64,000 bases of DNA from Myxococcota bacterium (GCA_039028615.1 JBCCHT010000013.1:32001-96000); one strand, 5' to 3'; shown: positions 51,322 to 61,212, numbered from the stretch's first letter. Translations and numbers: made by a program. Notes: generated from the letters alone by a model not told the origin.

Positions 51322-52681
51322 CGACGTTGGGATCGTCGGCGTACTTCTTGAGCGCGGTCAGAGCCTTCTCCTCGGACTTGTCCATCTCCGCGAGGCTCTC
51401 TTCGACTCGGCCCAGGGCCATCTTGTAGAAGTTGGCGGCGTTGTTCCCTTGCTCGATGCCGATGGCGTACTCGTAGACCTTGCCCTCGGCGAGCAGTAGC
51501 ACGACTTGGCCGGGGCCCATGCCGCGCATCATGACCTTGGGCTCACCGCTCAGGTCGTTGACCTTGTACGCGATGGCCTTGGCCGCCTCGGCGCCACAGG
51601 GCTTGAGCTTGGGCGCTTCGCCCTCGGCGGGAGGCTTGTCGCCCTCGGCCGGAGGAGCACCACACAGGCTGTCGCTCACGGCGACCAGCTGCGCGCCCTT
51701 GGGGCCGAAGGTCACGCCGTACAGCGACGGACCGCCGACCTTCATCACCTTGCCGTAGCCGTGCAGCACCTTGGCCATGAGGCCGAGGTCGTTTTGGAGA
51801 TCGGTGACCTGCTCGTAGAGCTGGAAGGTCGCCTTGACGCCCTGCGGGTCGACCGAGGCGAGCTGCCAGCCGAACAGCTCGCTGATCTGCGGCTGCTTGT
51901 CGAAGGCCTTCGACATGAGGCCCGAGACCTTGTCGGCCGCGGCGGCCGGGTCTTGGGCGACCTCTTTTTTGAGGTCTTCCATGCCTAGGCTGACCGTCTT
52001 GCGGGCCTCGCTGATCTTGCCGACCTGGTCGACCATGACCTTGCCCTTGGCCTTGCCCTGGTCGATCTGCCCTTGCTTGGAGTTGATGGTGTGGCCCAGC
52101 CACCCGCCCACTCCGCCGATACCCGCAGCGATGAGCGCCGCGAAGATCACGATGCCCTTGCCGCCGCGCGGCTTGATCTCGGGGCCGCCGTCGATGAGGC
52201 CGGCGTCGGGATCGAAGCCACCCATGCCACCGCCCGCGCCGAACGGGTTGTCGTCGGTCTGGGTGGGAGCGGGGGCCGCGGGCGCCTGATAGTGCTGCTC
52301 GGCGTGGGCGGCCGCTTGCACGGCGGCCTCGACCGGCTGACCCGGAGGCGGGACGTCGGGCGCGGCGACCTGACCCGGAGGCGGAACCTCGGGCACGGGC
52401 GCGGCGACCTCACCCGGAGGCGGGACGTCGGGCGCGGCGACTTGACCCGGAGGCGGAACCTCGGGGGCAGCGGCAGCGGGCGCGGCGACCTCACCGGGGG
52501 CGGGCACCTCCGGAGCGGCGACCTGTCCGGGGGCCGGCACTTCCGGAGCGGGAGCAGCGGGGGCCGCTACTTGTCCGGGGGCCGGGACCTCGGCAGCGGG
52601 TGCATCCGCGCTCTTGGTCTTCTTGGCGAGGCGCGCCTTGAGGGCGGCCAGATCGGTTCCTGGTTTCTTGGGTTTGCTCAA
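51299..52681 (-). CDS. Hypothetical single-pass membrane protein with Pro/Ala repeats
   Basis: TTG start with GGAG upstream; DLAALKARL N-terminus; repeat region; TM IVIFAALIAAGIGGVGGWLG. Confidence 0.7.
   Translation of the reverse strand: MSKPKKPGTDLAALKARLAKKTKSADAPAAEVPAPGQVAAPAAPAPEVPAPGQVAAPEVPAPGEVAAPAAAAPEVPPPGQVAAPDVPPPGEVAAPVPEVPPPGQVAAPDVPPPGQPVEAAVQAAAHAEQHYQAPAAPAPTQTDDNPFGAGGGMGGFDPDAGLIDGGPEIKPRGGKGIVIFAALIAAGIGGVGGWLGHTINSKQGQIDQGKAKGKVMVDQVGKISEARKTVSLGMEDLKKEVAQDPAAAADKVSGLMSKAFDKQPQISELFGWQLASVDPQGVKATFQLYEQVTDLQNDLGLMAKVLHGYGKVMKVGGPSLYGVTFGPKGAQLVAVSDSLCGAPPAEGDKPPAEGEAPKLKPCGAEAAKAIAYKVNDLSGEPKVMMRGMGPGQVVLLLAEGKVYEYAIGIEQGNNAANFYKMALGRVEESLAEMDKSEEKALTALKKYADDPNVDGSGGDG
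52330..52592 (-). repeat. Seven coding repeats (E/D)VP(A/P)PG(Q/E)VAAP
   Basis: Visible in both protein and DNA (about 33-bp units with short spacers). Confidence 0.9.
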
Positions 52682-53148
52682 GGCCTGGTCTCCCCCGGAG
52701 GTGGCGATTGAACGCGTCGGAAGGAAGCGTGCGCTGGAGTCGATCGCGAGCGCGTCAAAGCGGCTTCGTGCGCGACCATAAAGGGGCTTTCCAGCGCGGC
52801 ACAATAGATACAGCACCGGGCGTGTGTCAACGCCGCGCACGGGGCTGAGATTGCGGTGCGTGGTCGGCCGAACACGTGCCCCTTGGACGCGAATCGGCCG
52901 GGCGGGGTTGCCGCTTTGTTCGACTGGAACGCATTTAGTTCACGTGATCGGTGGATCGCGATGGGTTTATGCGTCGGTGATGATTGTCTCACCGAGGCCT
53001 GGGAACGAACCGATCCGGGACGTGAATCACAGGCGATCCGCGTTTCACCCCCGTTACACGGCGGCGGTCCGAGTGCGTTCCGAGTTGCGCTCTCGAAGTC
53101 GCCGCCGAGATCGCGTGCCCGTTGGCCTCGCGCTAGGTTGGTCGCAGC

Positions 53149-54507
53149 ATGAGCGGCCAACGTCCGTCACCGCCCGTCCTCGGCGTGTTTGGGGGGGCCT
53201 TCGACCCGCCTCACCTCGGTCACGCCCTGGTGCCCGCCTACCTCCGGCTACGCGGGTTGGCGCAGCGAGTACTGGTGGTGCCGTGCGCCGATCATCCGCT
53301 GGGGAAGGACCTGTCGCCCTTCGAGGAGCGCATCGCGTTGGTGCGGGCCGCGATGAGCACGATGGGTGAGGGCGTCGAGGTCACCGACATCGAGGCTCGG
53401 CTGTTTCAGCAGCACGGGGGCCCGAGCTACACGATCCGCATGCTCGATGCCGTCGAGCAGGAGTACCCGGAGATGGACGTGCGGTTGGTGATCGGCACCG
53501 ACATCGTCTCCGAGGTGCATCGTTGGCACCGCTGGGAGGAGATCGAGCGCCGATTTCGCCCCATCGTGGTGCCACGAGCGGGGCACGCTCCGGCCAACGT
53601 CTGCGCGCTCCCCGAGGTCAGCAGCACGCAGGTGCGGGCGTGGCTGCGGGAGGGCGGTGAACAGGCCGAGGCGGGGCTCGAGGCCAACGTGCCCGCCCCC
53701 GTGCGGGCGTTCTTGCGGCGCAGCACCGAGGCACCGGTGTGGCTGGTGGGGCGCGGGCACGTCACCTCGCACGCCGAGCCCTGGCTACGGGCGCTAGGCC
53801 ATCGCGTGGTGCGGGTCGCGGCGCGAGCCCTGGTTAACGAGGGGAGGCTCCCCGACGAGATGCCCGCCGCGATTTGGGTACTAGCGGCCGATCCCGCCAT
53901 CGTCTCGGTGGCGAAGGCGCTGGCGGCGGCCGAGCTGCCGACCACGGTGCCCGTGCTGCATGGCGCGGGGGCCCGACGGGCGGCCGAAGTGTTGGCACCC
54001 GTGGCCGAGCGGGGTCATCCCGTCGGCACCTTGCACCCGATCTGTAGCCTACGGAGCGAGCGGCCGTGGCCGTCGCGCCTGGGTGAGGCTGCGTTCGGTC
54101 TCGAGGGCGATCCCGCTGCGGTCGAGGTGGCGAAGGCGTGGGTCGGGGGACAGCCGTGGCTCGATCTCCAGGGCTTCGACGATGCGCGTCGCCGGGCCTA
54201 TCACGCCGCGTGTGCGCTGGCGGCCAACCATCTCGCGGTGCCCTACGTCGCGGCCCGTGACGTTTTGCAGGGGCAGGGGCACGAACCCGGGGCGGTCCAG
54301 GGGGCGCTGGCGACACTGCTGCGGAGCTCGCTCGAGAACTTGTTGGCGCAGGGCGTGCCCGCGGGCATCACGGGGCCGGTTTCGCGGGGCGACGAGGCGG
54401 CGGTGCGAGCCCACGTCGCTGCTTTGGACGAGGACACCGCCCAGCTGTATCGCACGCTCAGCGAGCGGCTCGCGGGGATCGTGCGAGCCCATTCGATGCC
54501 CAAGTAA
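53149..54507 (+). CDS. nadD: Nicotinate-nucleotide adenylyltransferase fused to Rossmann-like/DUF2520 domain
   Basis: FGGAFDPPHLGH, SYT, IGTD, WHRW, VSST, then LHPI, YHAACALAANHL, TGPVSRGD. Confidence 0.85.
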   Translation: MSGQRPSPPVLGVFGGAFDPPHLGHALVPAYLRLRGLAQRVLVVPCADHPLGKDLSPFEERIALVRAAMSTMGEGVEVTDIEARLFQQHGGPSYTIRMLDAVEQEYPEMDVRLVIGTDIVSEVHRWHRWEEIERRFRPIVVPRAGHAPANVCALPEVSSTQVRAWLREGGEQAEAGLEANVPAPVRAFLRRSTEAPVWLVGRGHVTSHAEPWLRALGHRVVRVAARALVNEGRLPDEMPAAIWVLAADPAIVSVAKALAAAELPTTVPVLHGAGARRAAEVLAPVAERGHPVGTLHPICSLRSERPWPSRLGEAAFGLEGDPAAVEVAKAWVGGQPWLDLQGFDDARRRAYHAACALAANHLAVPYVAARDVLQGQGHEPGAVQGALATLLRSSLENLLAQGVPAGITGPVSRGDEAAVRAHVAALDEDTAQLYRTLSERLAGIVRAHSMPK

Positions 54508-54516
54508 CGCCGCCCG

Positions 54517-56793
54517 TCAGGCGAGCACGAGGCGTCCGCTCTGCAGCTCGACCTCGGCGCGTGAACCCGCGCGGAGTCGACCGCGGAGTACCGCCTCGGC
54601 GACGAGCGACTCGACCTCGCGGGTCAGCAGGTGTCGCAGCGGGCGGGCCCCCAGGGCGGGGTCACGACCGGCGAGGCGCACGAGGTGGGTGCAGGCGTCG
54701 TCGGACAACGCGTAGCGGATGCCTCGCTCGCGCAGCAAGCGTTCGCTGGAGTCGTTCGCGAGGCGGCGGCAGATCTTGAGCATCTGGGCCTCGTCCAGCG
54801 GCTGCAAGACCAACGGCGCCTCGATGCGGTTCCACAGCTCGACCGGGAACGCTGCGCGGGCGGTGGCGAGGACCTCGGACTCGTCGAGCTTCGAGGCGTC
54901 GTGGGGCAGCACGCAGTCCGCTCCCAGGTTCGACGTCATGACGATCACCGCGTGGTGGAAGTCCACGGTGCGGCCGCGACCGTCGGTGAGCCGGCCTTCG
55001 TCGAGCACCTGCAGCAGCAGCTGGTGCACCTCGCGGTGAGCCTTTTCGATCTCGTCGAGCAACACCACGCAGTGCGGACGGTGGCGCAGGGGATCGGTCA
55101 GGGCTCCGCCTTGCTCGTGCCCCACGTATCCCGGAGGCGCTCCGACGACGCGTGCGACGGCATGGGACTCGGCGTACTCGCTCATGTCCAGGCGCACCAG
55201 GGCGTCGTTGCGCTCGTAGAGCGCTTCACCGAGGGCCTTGGCGATCTCGGTCTTGCCCACGCCGCTGGGGCCGAGCAGGAGGGTCGACAGCACCGGTCGG
55301 CGGCTGCCGAACCCGGCGCGGTTGCGTCGGATGAGCCGCGAGAGGGTGGACGTGACGTGGTCGTGCCCCACCACGCGGGCGCACAGGCGTTGCTCGAGCT
55401 CGAGCAGCAGCTGGTCGCCTTGGGCCTCGATGCGCGCGGGAGGCAGGCCGCTTCGCTCGCTGACGATGTCGATCCACAGCGAGCGGTCGACCTCGGCCCG
55501 GCGCTCTCGGGTGGCTCGAGCGCACGCCAAATCCAGCAGGTCGAGCGCCCGGCCGGGCATGGCGAGACCGGTCAGGTAGCGCTCGGCGAGGCGTCCCAGC
55601 TCGCCGAGCTTGGCGTCGGGAGCCAGGGGCAGGCCGTGGGCTTCGAGCACGGCCGGGGCGGCCGCGGCCAGGGCATCCGCGAGTTCACCGCGGGGCAGGG
55701 GAGGAAGCGTGATTCGATCGACCGACGCCGCACCGCCCGGCAGCCACAGATCCAGGCGGGCGTGACTCTCGGGAGACGCGACGGTCAGGACGGGAGGCTC
55801 GCGACGGCTCCAGGCGCGGGCGAGCGCGGAGAAGAACGGCGGCACGGCGTCCGACGGCACGCGATCCAGATCGTCGACGATCGCGACGCCACCCGCCTTG
55901 GCGATGGCATCGAGGTCGTGACCGAGGGCTTCCTCGTCGTCATACGCGGTCGCGTGCAGCACGAACACCGGGGCGTCGATGACTCGTGCGAGGTGTCGAG
56001 CGACCAAGCTACGGCCGCTGCCCGGGGCGCCCACGAGTACGGGCGGCCGTGGAGCATGGCGCAGCATCGCGTCGGCGAGCTGGGCGAGGACCGACTCGCG
56101 GCCGTGCAGCGGCGGCAAGGTGCTGCGGTTGACCGACTGGAGCGTGTGTTCGTGGCTCGTGCTGCGATCGGGCACCGCCACAGGGGCGGGTGCCGGGGTC
56201 GGCTCGGCCGACGTCGGCAGGGGGGCGCGGCGGCGACCGACTGGCGCAGCAACGTCCTCCTCGGCGGCCGAGACCTCCGGGAGGTTGGGCTCTTCGGGCG
56301 GCGCCGACTGGCTCGCGCGTTGTCGGCGGCTGCGCCAGGCCCGGTTGCTCGGCGCGGGTTCGCCCGTTGGGCGGGCCTTCGGGGTCCGGCGAGGGCGTTC
56401 ACCCGCGGCGCGAGGGCCCACGGGCTGCGGATCTCGCAAGCGGTCGATGATCGCCCGCCGAAGCGACGCACAGCGCACGCCGAGCCGCTCCAGCAGTTGA
56501 TAACCGTGGCTGTCCGCGCTGCGCACGATGGCCAGCAGCTGCTCGAGATCGGACGACGATGCGCCGCGCTGGGCCAGACGCAGGTGCCAATCCGCGGGTT
56601 CCGCCGCCAGCTCCGCATGCAGCTGGGCCTGGGTCTCGAGTAGCCGCGAGGGATCCACCCCCTGACTGATGAGCATCTCTCGCACAGGAGAACGCCCAGC
56701 AAGCTGCAGGAGCAGATCGCAGGAACAACGGGGGCCGGCCGCCGGGGTCGTCGCGCGCGACCCTGGGGAGCGGACTCGTCGGGATCGCGGCAT
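54517..56793 (-). CDS. ClpA/B-like AAA+ ATPase with degenerate first ATPase domain
   Basis: D2 GPSGVGKTE, DMSEY, GAPPGYVG, LDEIEKAH, GARPLR; D1 GAPGSGRS/IVDDLD; start uncertain. Confidence 0.85.
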   Translation of the reverse strand: MPRSRRVRSPGSRATTPAAGPRCSCDLLLQLAGRSPVREMLISQGVDPSRLLETQAQLHAELAAEPADWHLRLAQRGASSSDLEQLLAIVRSADSHGYQLLERLGVRCASLRRAIIDRLRDPQPVGPRAAGERPRRTPKARPTGEPAPSNRAWRSRRQRASQSAPPEEPNLPEVSAAEEDVAAPVGRRRAPLPTSAEPTPAPAPVAVPDRSTSHEHTLQSVNRSTLPPLHGRESVLAQLADAMLRHAPRPPVLVGAPGSGRSLVARHLARVIDAPVFVLHATAYDDEEALGHDLDAIAKAGGVAIVDDLDRVPSDAVPPFFSALARAWSRREPPVLTVASPESHARLDLWLPGGAASVDRITLPPLPRGELADALAAAAPAVLEAHGLPLAPDAKLGELGRLAERYLTGLAMPGRALDLLDLACARATRERRAEVDRSLWIDIVSERSGLPPARIEAQGDQLLLELEQRLCARVVGHDHVTSTLSRLIRRNRAGFGSRRPVLSTLLLGPSGVGKTEIAKALGEALYERNDALVRLDMSEYAESHAVARVVGAPPGYVGHEQGGALTDPLRHRPHCVVLLDEIEKAHREVHQLLLQVLDEGRLTDGRGRTVDFHHAVIVMTSNLGADCVLPHDASKLDESEVLATARAAFPVELWNRIEAPLVLQPLDEAQMLKICRRLANDSSERLLRERGIRYALSDDACTHLVRLAGRDPALGARPLRHLLTREVESLVAEAVLRGRLRAGSRAEVELQSGRLVLA

Positions 56794-56939
56794 ACCGTCC
56801 ACGGCTCGCACGCTAACGGCTGAGTACGGGCCCACCAAGAAACCGACGGAGCCGTCTCACATGCGTTCCACGGCGGGTTGAACGGTGATCTGCGCCGCTT
56901 TTGCCGGGGCCGTGGGTCGGCCTATCCTCCTTGCCGTCC

Positions 56940-57284
56940 ATGGCGCGCTATCAGATCCACGTTTGCGACGGTCCCAGCTGTGGGGTCACCCACGACAGCG
57001 ACGCGCTCGTCGAGCGCCTCGAGAAGGCCATCGCCGACAATCCCAAGCTGACCGGGCGCGTCGGCGTTCGCTGCTACTCCTGCTACGGCCGCTGCGACGA
57101 GGGCCCCAACCTCTTCGTGCAGACGCTCGCCGAGGGGGAGGACGGCGACCAGGAGCCAGAAGAAGACGTGCTCGAGAGCCAGCGAGGCTTCTACCCGGAC
57201 ATGACCGACGACAAGGCTCTGCGCGTGCTCGAGGAGCACTGCGGCGAGGGCAAGGCCATCGAAGGCCTCGTCGACAACTATTGA
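56940..57284 (+). CDS. Thioredoxin-like [2Fe-2S] ferredoxin
   Basis: VCDGPSC ... CYGRCDEGPN ... HC..GK. Confidence 0.85.
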   Translation: MARYQIHVCDGPSCGVTHDSDALVERLEKAIADNPKLTGRVGVRCYSCYGRCDEGPNLFVQTLAEGEDGDQEPEEDVLESQRGFYPDMTDDKALRVLEEHCGEGKAIEGLVDNY

Positions 57285-57365
57285 GCCGAGGGGCCCGAGC
57301 CGCGGCCGTCATCGCGGGTCGTCGACGGCGGCGCACGACCCCACCGGCTCGGGGCTCGGGAGGCG

Positions 57366-58208
57366 TCAGGCCGAGAACACCTGATCGAGTGCCTCGGCCG
57401 TAGCCGCGCGGCGGATCCACAGCCGAAGCTGTGAACTCGAGGAGCAGGCATCGAGCCGAGCCCGTTGTTCCTCCGTCAGGTCGAGCCTCCGTGCGTTGAG
57501 CAGGCACTGCAGCGCATGTCGTTCACCGTTGAGATTGCCTTCGGCATACAGCCGCTTCGCCCACTCGCTTTGGGGGGTGTACCAATCAAATCCCAGCATG
57601 AGTTCGTTCCTCGTCGTTTGGTCGATCGTTCTCAAAAAGACGTCCCAGTAGACGCCAGCCCGTGGAGGCTCCCGCTCGGTCAACAATCGTCGCAGCACCT
57701 GCCCGATAGTCCGGGCCTCCGGATCACCTCGATGGGTGAGTCCTGAAAGTAGCGTCATTTCCACGCTCGTGCGAGCGTCGAATTGAGTGATCAAGGGGAC
57801 GTCGCCAGGTCCGATGACGATCGGCCGAAGGGCAGTCTGCCCGGTACAAAAGGGACCAGATGCCCATGTGGCAACTTTGGGATCGAGAGCCACGACGACC
57901 AGGAATGCAGGGCAGCGATATCGGTGATGCGCTTCGGCCTGATACGCGGGCCACGACCGTGCCTTGTCTCGATCGATGGAAAGCTGAATCTCGACGATGA
58001 GTACGCATTGGGGGCCGTTTCGAGGACATTGGACGAGAAGCACGAGGTCCGCATCGAGCTCGATCTGTCGACTGAACGAGGCGGCACCTCGGGTGAATTG
58101 CAGCGTGGAAATCTCGGGAAGACCCAAGTCTTTCGTCACACTTCCGAGCAACTCACGGGGTGCCTCACCAAAGAGCTCGACGAGCAGTTGGTGAAGGACG
58201 GAGGGCAT
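57366..58208 (-). CDS. Rpn/PD-(D/E)XK-like putative nuclease (myxobacterial/actinobacterial type)
   Basis: MPSVLHQLLVELF, ADLVL, IVEIQL, SWPAY, QSEWAKRLYAEG, LRLWIRRAATA; lower GC than neighbours. Confidence 0.7.
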   Translation of the reverse strand: MPSVLHQLLVELFGEAPRELLGSVTKDLGLPEISTLQFTRGAASFSRQIELDADLVLLVQCPRNGPQCVLIVEIQLSIDRDKARSWPAYQAEAHHRYRCPAFLVVVALDPKVATWASGPFCTGQTALRPIVIGPGDVPLITQFDARTSVEMTLLSGLTHRGDPEARTIGQVLRRLLTEREPPRAGVYWDVFLRTIDQTTRNELMLGFDWYTPQSEWAKRLYAEGNLNGERHALQCLLNARRLDLTEEQRARLDACSSSSQLRLWIRRAATAEALDQVFSA

Positions 58209-58341
58209 GGGACCACACGTTGCGGAAGCCGTTCCACAATGTCCGACGAGTGATTCCAGTCGCTTGGCGAGGGCAACGCTCAAAGTGGCCCACTGGTGGG
58301 CCGTCACCCCGGTCCGCGGATGGGCCACTTCAGGTGAAACG

Positions 58342-58370
58342 AAAAGTGCCAGTCGATCACTGGCACTTTT
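58342..58370. terminator. Intrinsic terminator downstream of the dehydratase gene
   Basis: AAAAGTGCCAGT-cgatc-ACTGGCACTTTT perfect 12-bp stem. Confidence 0.85.
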
Positions 58371-58386
58371 TGTTACGGCTTCCGAC

Positions 58387-59394
58387 TCAGCCCGTTGAGC
58401 GTTCGAGCCATGCCTGACCGGCCACGACATGCTCGGCGAAGGCGCGCGGCTCGACGTTGGCCCCGCAGACGATCAGACCCACGCGCTTGCCGGCCAACCT
58501 CTCGCGGAGCGGACCGAGCAGCGCGGCCGTCGTGGCGGCCCCGGCCGGCTCGACCGCGAGCTTCATTTCCTCGAACAGCAGCGCCATCGCTCCGCGCAGC
58601 TCGTCGTCGTCGACCTTGACCAGCTCGTCCAGGTAGCGACGACACAGACCAAAGCTGTAGTCGGCGGCGTACGGTGCCCCCAGGCTGTTGGCGATGGTCT
58701 GCACTTTGTCGATCGACTCCGGCTTCCCGGCGGCGAAGCTGCGGTGCATCGAGTCGGCGCCCGTGGGCTCCACCCCATAGACGGCGGTGTCCGGCGAGCA
58801 CTGCTTGACCGCCGCGGCAATGCCTGCCGCCAGCCCGCCGCCGCCGATGGGCACGATGACCGCGTCCAGTCCTGGCGCTTGCTCGACCAGCTCGAGGCCC
58901 ACCGTCGCCGTGCCCAGAGCCACCGTGTAGCCCTCGAACGGATGCACGAAGGTCCGGCCTTCCTCGGACTCGATACGTTTCGCTTCTTCAAAGGCGCGAT
59001 GCACATCGTCGACCAGCACCACCTCGGCGCCCAAGCGACGGCACCGGGCGATGCGAGCGGGGTCGGCCGATCGCGGCATGACCACCTTCGCCGTGCTGTC
59101 TTGCTGTCCCGCGGCAAAGGCCACGGCCATGGCGTGGTTGCCCGCACTCACGGCCGTCACGCCGCGCGCACGGTGATCGGCGTCGAGGTCCATCAAGTGC
59201 AGCAGCGCGGCGCGGGCCTTGAAGCTCCCCGTGGCCTGCAGAGCCTCGACCTTGAGCACGACCTCACCCGCGGCGCCGAAGCGCTCGCGCAGGCGGGGGC
59301 CCTCCCAGGACCACACGGGCGTGGTTTGCACCGCGGTGCCCAGGCGGGCACGAGCCTGACGGATCTGCTCGGGAGTGGGAGCGGCGTCGGTCAT
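58387..59394 (-). CDS. PLP-dependent threonine/serine dehydratase family
   Basis: LKVEALQATGSFKARA, SAGNHA, PIGGGGL, VEPAGA, CGAN. Confidence 0.92.
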   Translation of the reverse strand: MTDAAPTPEQIRQARARLGTAVQTTPVWSWEGPRLRERFGAAGEVVLKVEALQATGSFKARAALLHLMDLDADHRARGVTAVSAGNHAMAVAFAAGQQDSTAKVVMPRSADPARIARCRRLGAEVVLVDDVHRAFEEAKRIESEEGRTFVHPFEGYTVALGTATVGLELVEQAPGLDAVIVPIGGGGLAAGIAAAVKQCSPDTAVYGVEPTGADSMHRSFAAGKPESIDKVQTIANSLGAPYAADYSFGLCRRYLDELVKVDDDELRGAMALLFEEMKLAVEPAGAATTAALLGPLRERLAGKRVGLIVCGANVEPRAFAEHVVAGQAWLERSTG

Positions 59395-59451
59395 CGCGGC
59401 GCAGAGTACACCGCAGGCTGCCCGCGGGCGGTACGGAAACGAGAGCCTCCG

Positions 59452-61167
59452 TCACGCGGCGGGCTGGACCCCGCGCAAGACCCCGCGCTCGGCCAGATCG
59501 GCGAGGAGCGCCGCAATGCGGCCGAGCACTGTCTGGTCCATCGTCTCGCCCGCGGCGGTGGTGCCCGCCTCGATTGCCGCCTGCACGGTCGCGCCCTCGT
59601 CGACCAAGCGTCGCAGGACCTCGGCCGCGAGGGGGCTCAGCGCCAAGGTGCGGACCTCGTCGTCCTCGTCGCGATAGACCAGCAGCTGCGTCGGCTCGGC
59701 CACGGGCACGGTTCGATCGTCCTCGTCTTCGGACAGAGTCTGTACGGCGTGGTCGAACTGCGCGATGCGAACCGCACCGTTCCACACCAGCGGTCGATCG
59801 AGCACCAGCTGCGTGCTCATGTCGGGCGGCGGCGGCGGGTCGTAGGCGGCATCGATCTCCGACTCGATGATCTCCAGGCGAGCGAGGTCGATGAGGTAGC
59901 CGGGCACCTGCGGATCCTCGGCCCACGCCGCTTCGGCCCATTGCACGAACTCGTTCGGGACATCACGAAGGTACCGCGAGCTCGGGGGCGCGTGGTGAAG
60001 CCACCGTCGCAGCGCTAGTGTGAACCCGTCTTCGCCGAGGCGGGCCAGGGTCCGCGGCACGAATGCTCGGGTGACCGACTCCAAGCCACCACGCACGAGC
60101 TTGCGATAGACGAGCAGCCGCTGCGCCCCCACGCGGGCCATGGCGTCCTCGTCGGGCGAGACCACGCCCTGGTTCGTCAGCCACCCGGCGGGGTCGGCCC
60201 GCAGTCCTTCGTCGCCGTCCTCGTCCACGATGATGCGCGACAGCCCGCGCTGAACACCCGCCAGCGATGCAATTCCCGGCACCTCCACCCGCTCGGGCCC
60301 TCGCGGCGCAGGCGTGGCCGAGTCTCGATGGCGAGTGACCGCCTGGTCGTAGACTTCTTTCAGCGCGGCGACCTGGCGTCCGAGCTCGGGCAGCGGCGGA
60401 ATGTCGTGGTCCCGCTCGTAGACGACGGGAAGCGGCCCCGTGCGTTCGATGACCCAGGCCATCAATGACTGCACCTGCTCGTTGACGTCGGTGCCGTGCG
60501 TGTCGATGAGCAGATCGTCGAGGTGAGGCCGCCGGGCTCCGCCCGCGACGTGCAGCTGCACCACCCGTGAAAGCGGCAGCGCCTGCAAGAACTCCACGGG
60601 GTCGAAGCCGTGGTTGTGCGCATTGACGGCGACGTTGTTGACGTCGAGCAGCATCCCGCAGTCCGCTCGCTCGAGGATCTCCCCGATGAGCTGGGCCTCC
60701 GGCATCTGCCCCGCGGGCACCAGGTAGTACGAGATGTTCTCGACCGCGAACCGGCAGCCGAGCGCATCCTGGATGCGGCCGATCTGGTCGACACAACGGA
60801 CGATGGTCTGCTCGTCGTGCGGCAGCGGCAGCAGGTCGTGGAGGATTGCGCCGTCGCTGCCGCTCCAGCACAGGTGATCGCTGTGGAAGGGGCTGCCCAT
60901 GCGCCCGATGAAGCGCCGCAGCTCGGCGAGGTACGTGGGGTCCAGCGGCGTCGTGCCGCCCACGTTCATCATCAAGCCGTGGGTGAGGATGGGGAACCGC
61001 TCGGCGACTCGATCGAGGGCGCCGGGGATCGAGCCCCCGCGGCGCATGTAGTTCTCGGGCGAGACCTCGAAAAAGCCGATCGACTCTGGACACTGCCCAT
61101 CGGCGACCTCGTCGAGGAAGGCCCAGCGCAGGCCCAGGCCCACACCCACGGTAGAGGCGGCAGTCAT
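59452..61167 (-). CDS. DUF692 (multinuclear non-heme iron oxidase, MNIO) fused to DUF2063/BufC-like partner domain
   Basis: GLGLR, EVSPENYM, THG, SDHLCW, DLLPLP, ENISYY, LLDVNN, HVAGG, DTHG, ERD; then RLLVYRKLV, DLARLE, LLVYRD. Confidence 0.88.
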   Translation of the reverse strand: MTAASTVGVGLGLRWAFLDEVADGQCPESIGFFEVSPENYMRRGGSIPGALDRVAERFPILTHGLMMNVGGTTPLDPTYLAELRRFIGRMGSPFHSDHLCWSGSDGAILHDLLPLPHDEQTIVRCVDQIGRIQDALGCRFAVENISYYLVPAGQMPEAQLIGEILERADCGMLLDVNNVAVNAHNHGFDPVEFLQALPLSRVVQLHVAGGARRPHLDDLLIDTHGTDVNEQVQSLMAWVIERTGPLPVVYERDHDIPPLPELGRQVAALKEVYDQAVTRHRDSATPAPRGPERVEVPGIASLAGVQRGLSRIIVDEDGDEGLRADPAGWLTNQGVVSPDEDAMARVGAQRLLVYRKLVRGGLESVTRAFVPRTLARLGEDGFTLALRRWLHHAPPSSRYLRDVPNEFVQWAEAAWAEDPQVPGYLIDLARLEIIESEIDAAYDPPPPPDMSTQLVLDRPLVWNGAVRIAQFDHAVQTLSEDEDDRTVPVAEPTQLLVYRDEDDEVRTLALSPLAAEVLRRLVDEGATVQAAIEAGTTAAGETMDQTVLGRIAALLADLAERGVLRGVQPAA

Positions 61168-61212
61168 CGTGGCTCCATCATCGAGCCGTGGCTCGCCGGG
61201 AGCAAGGGGCGT

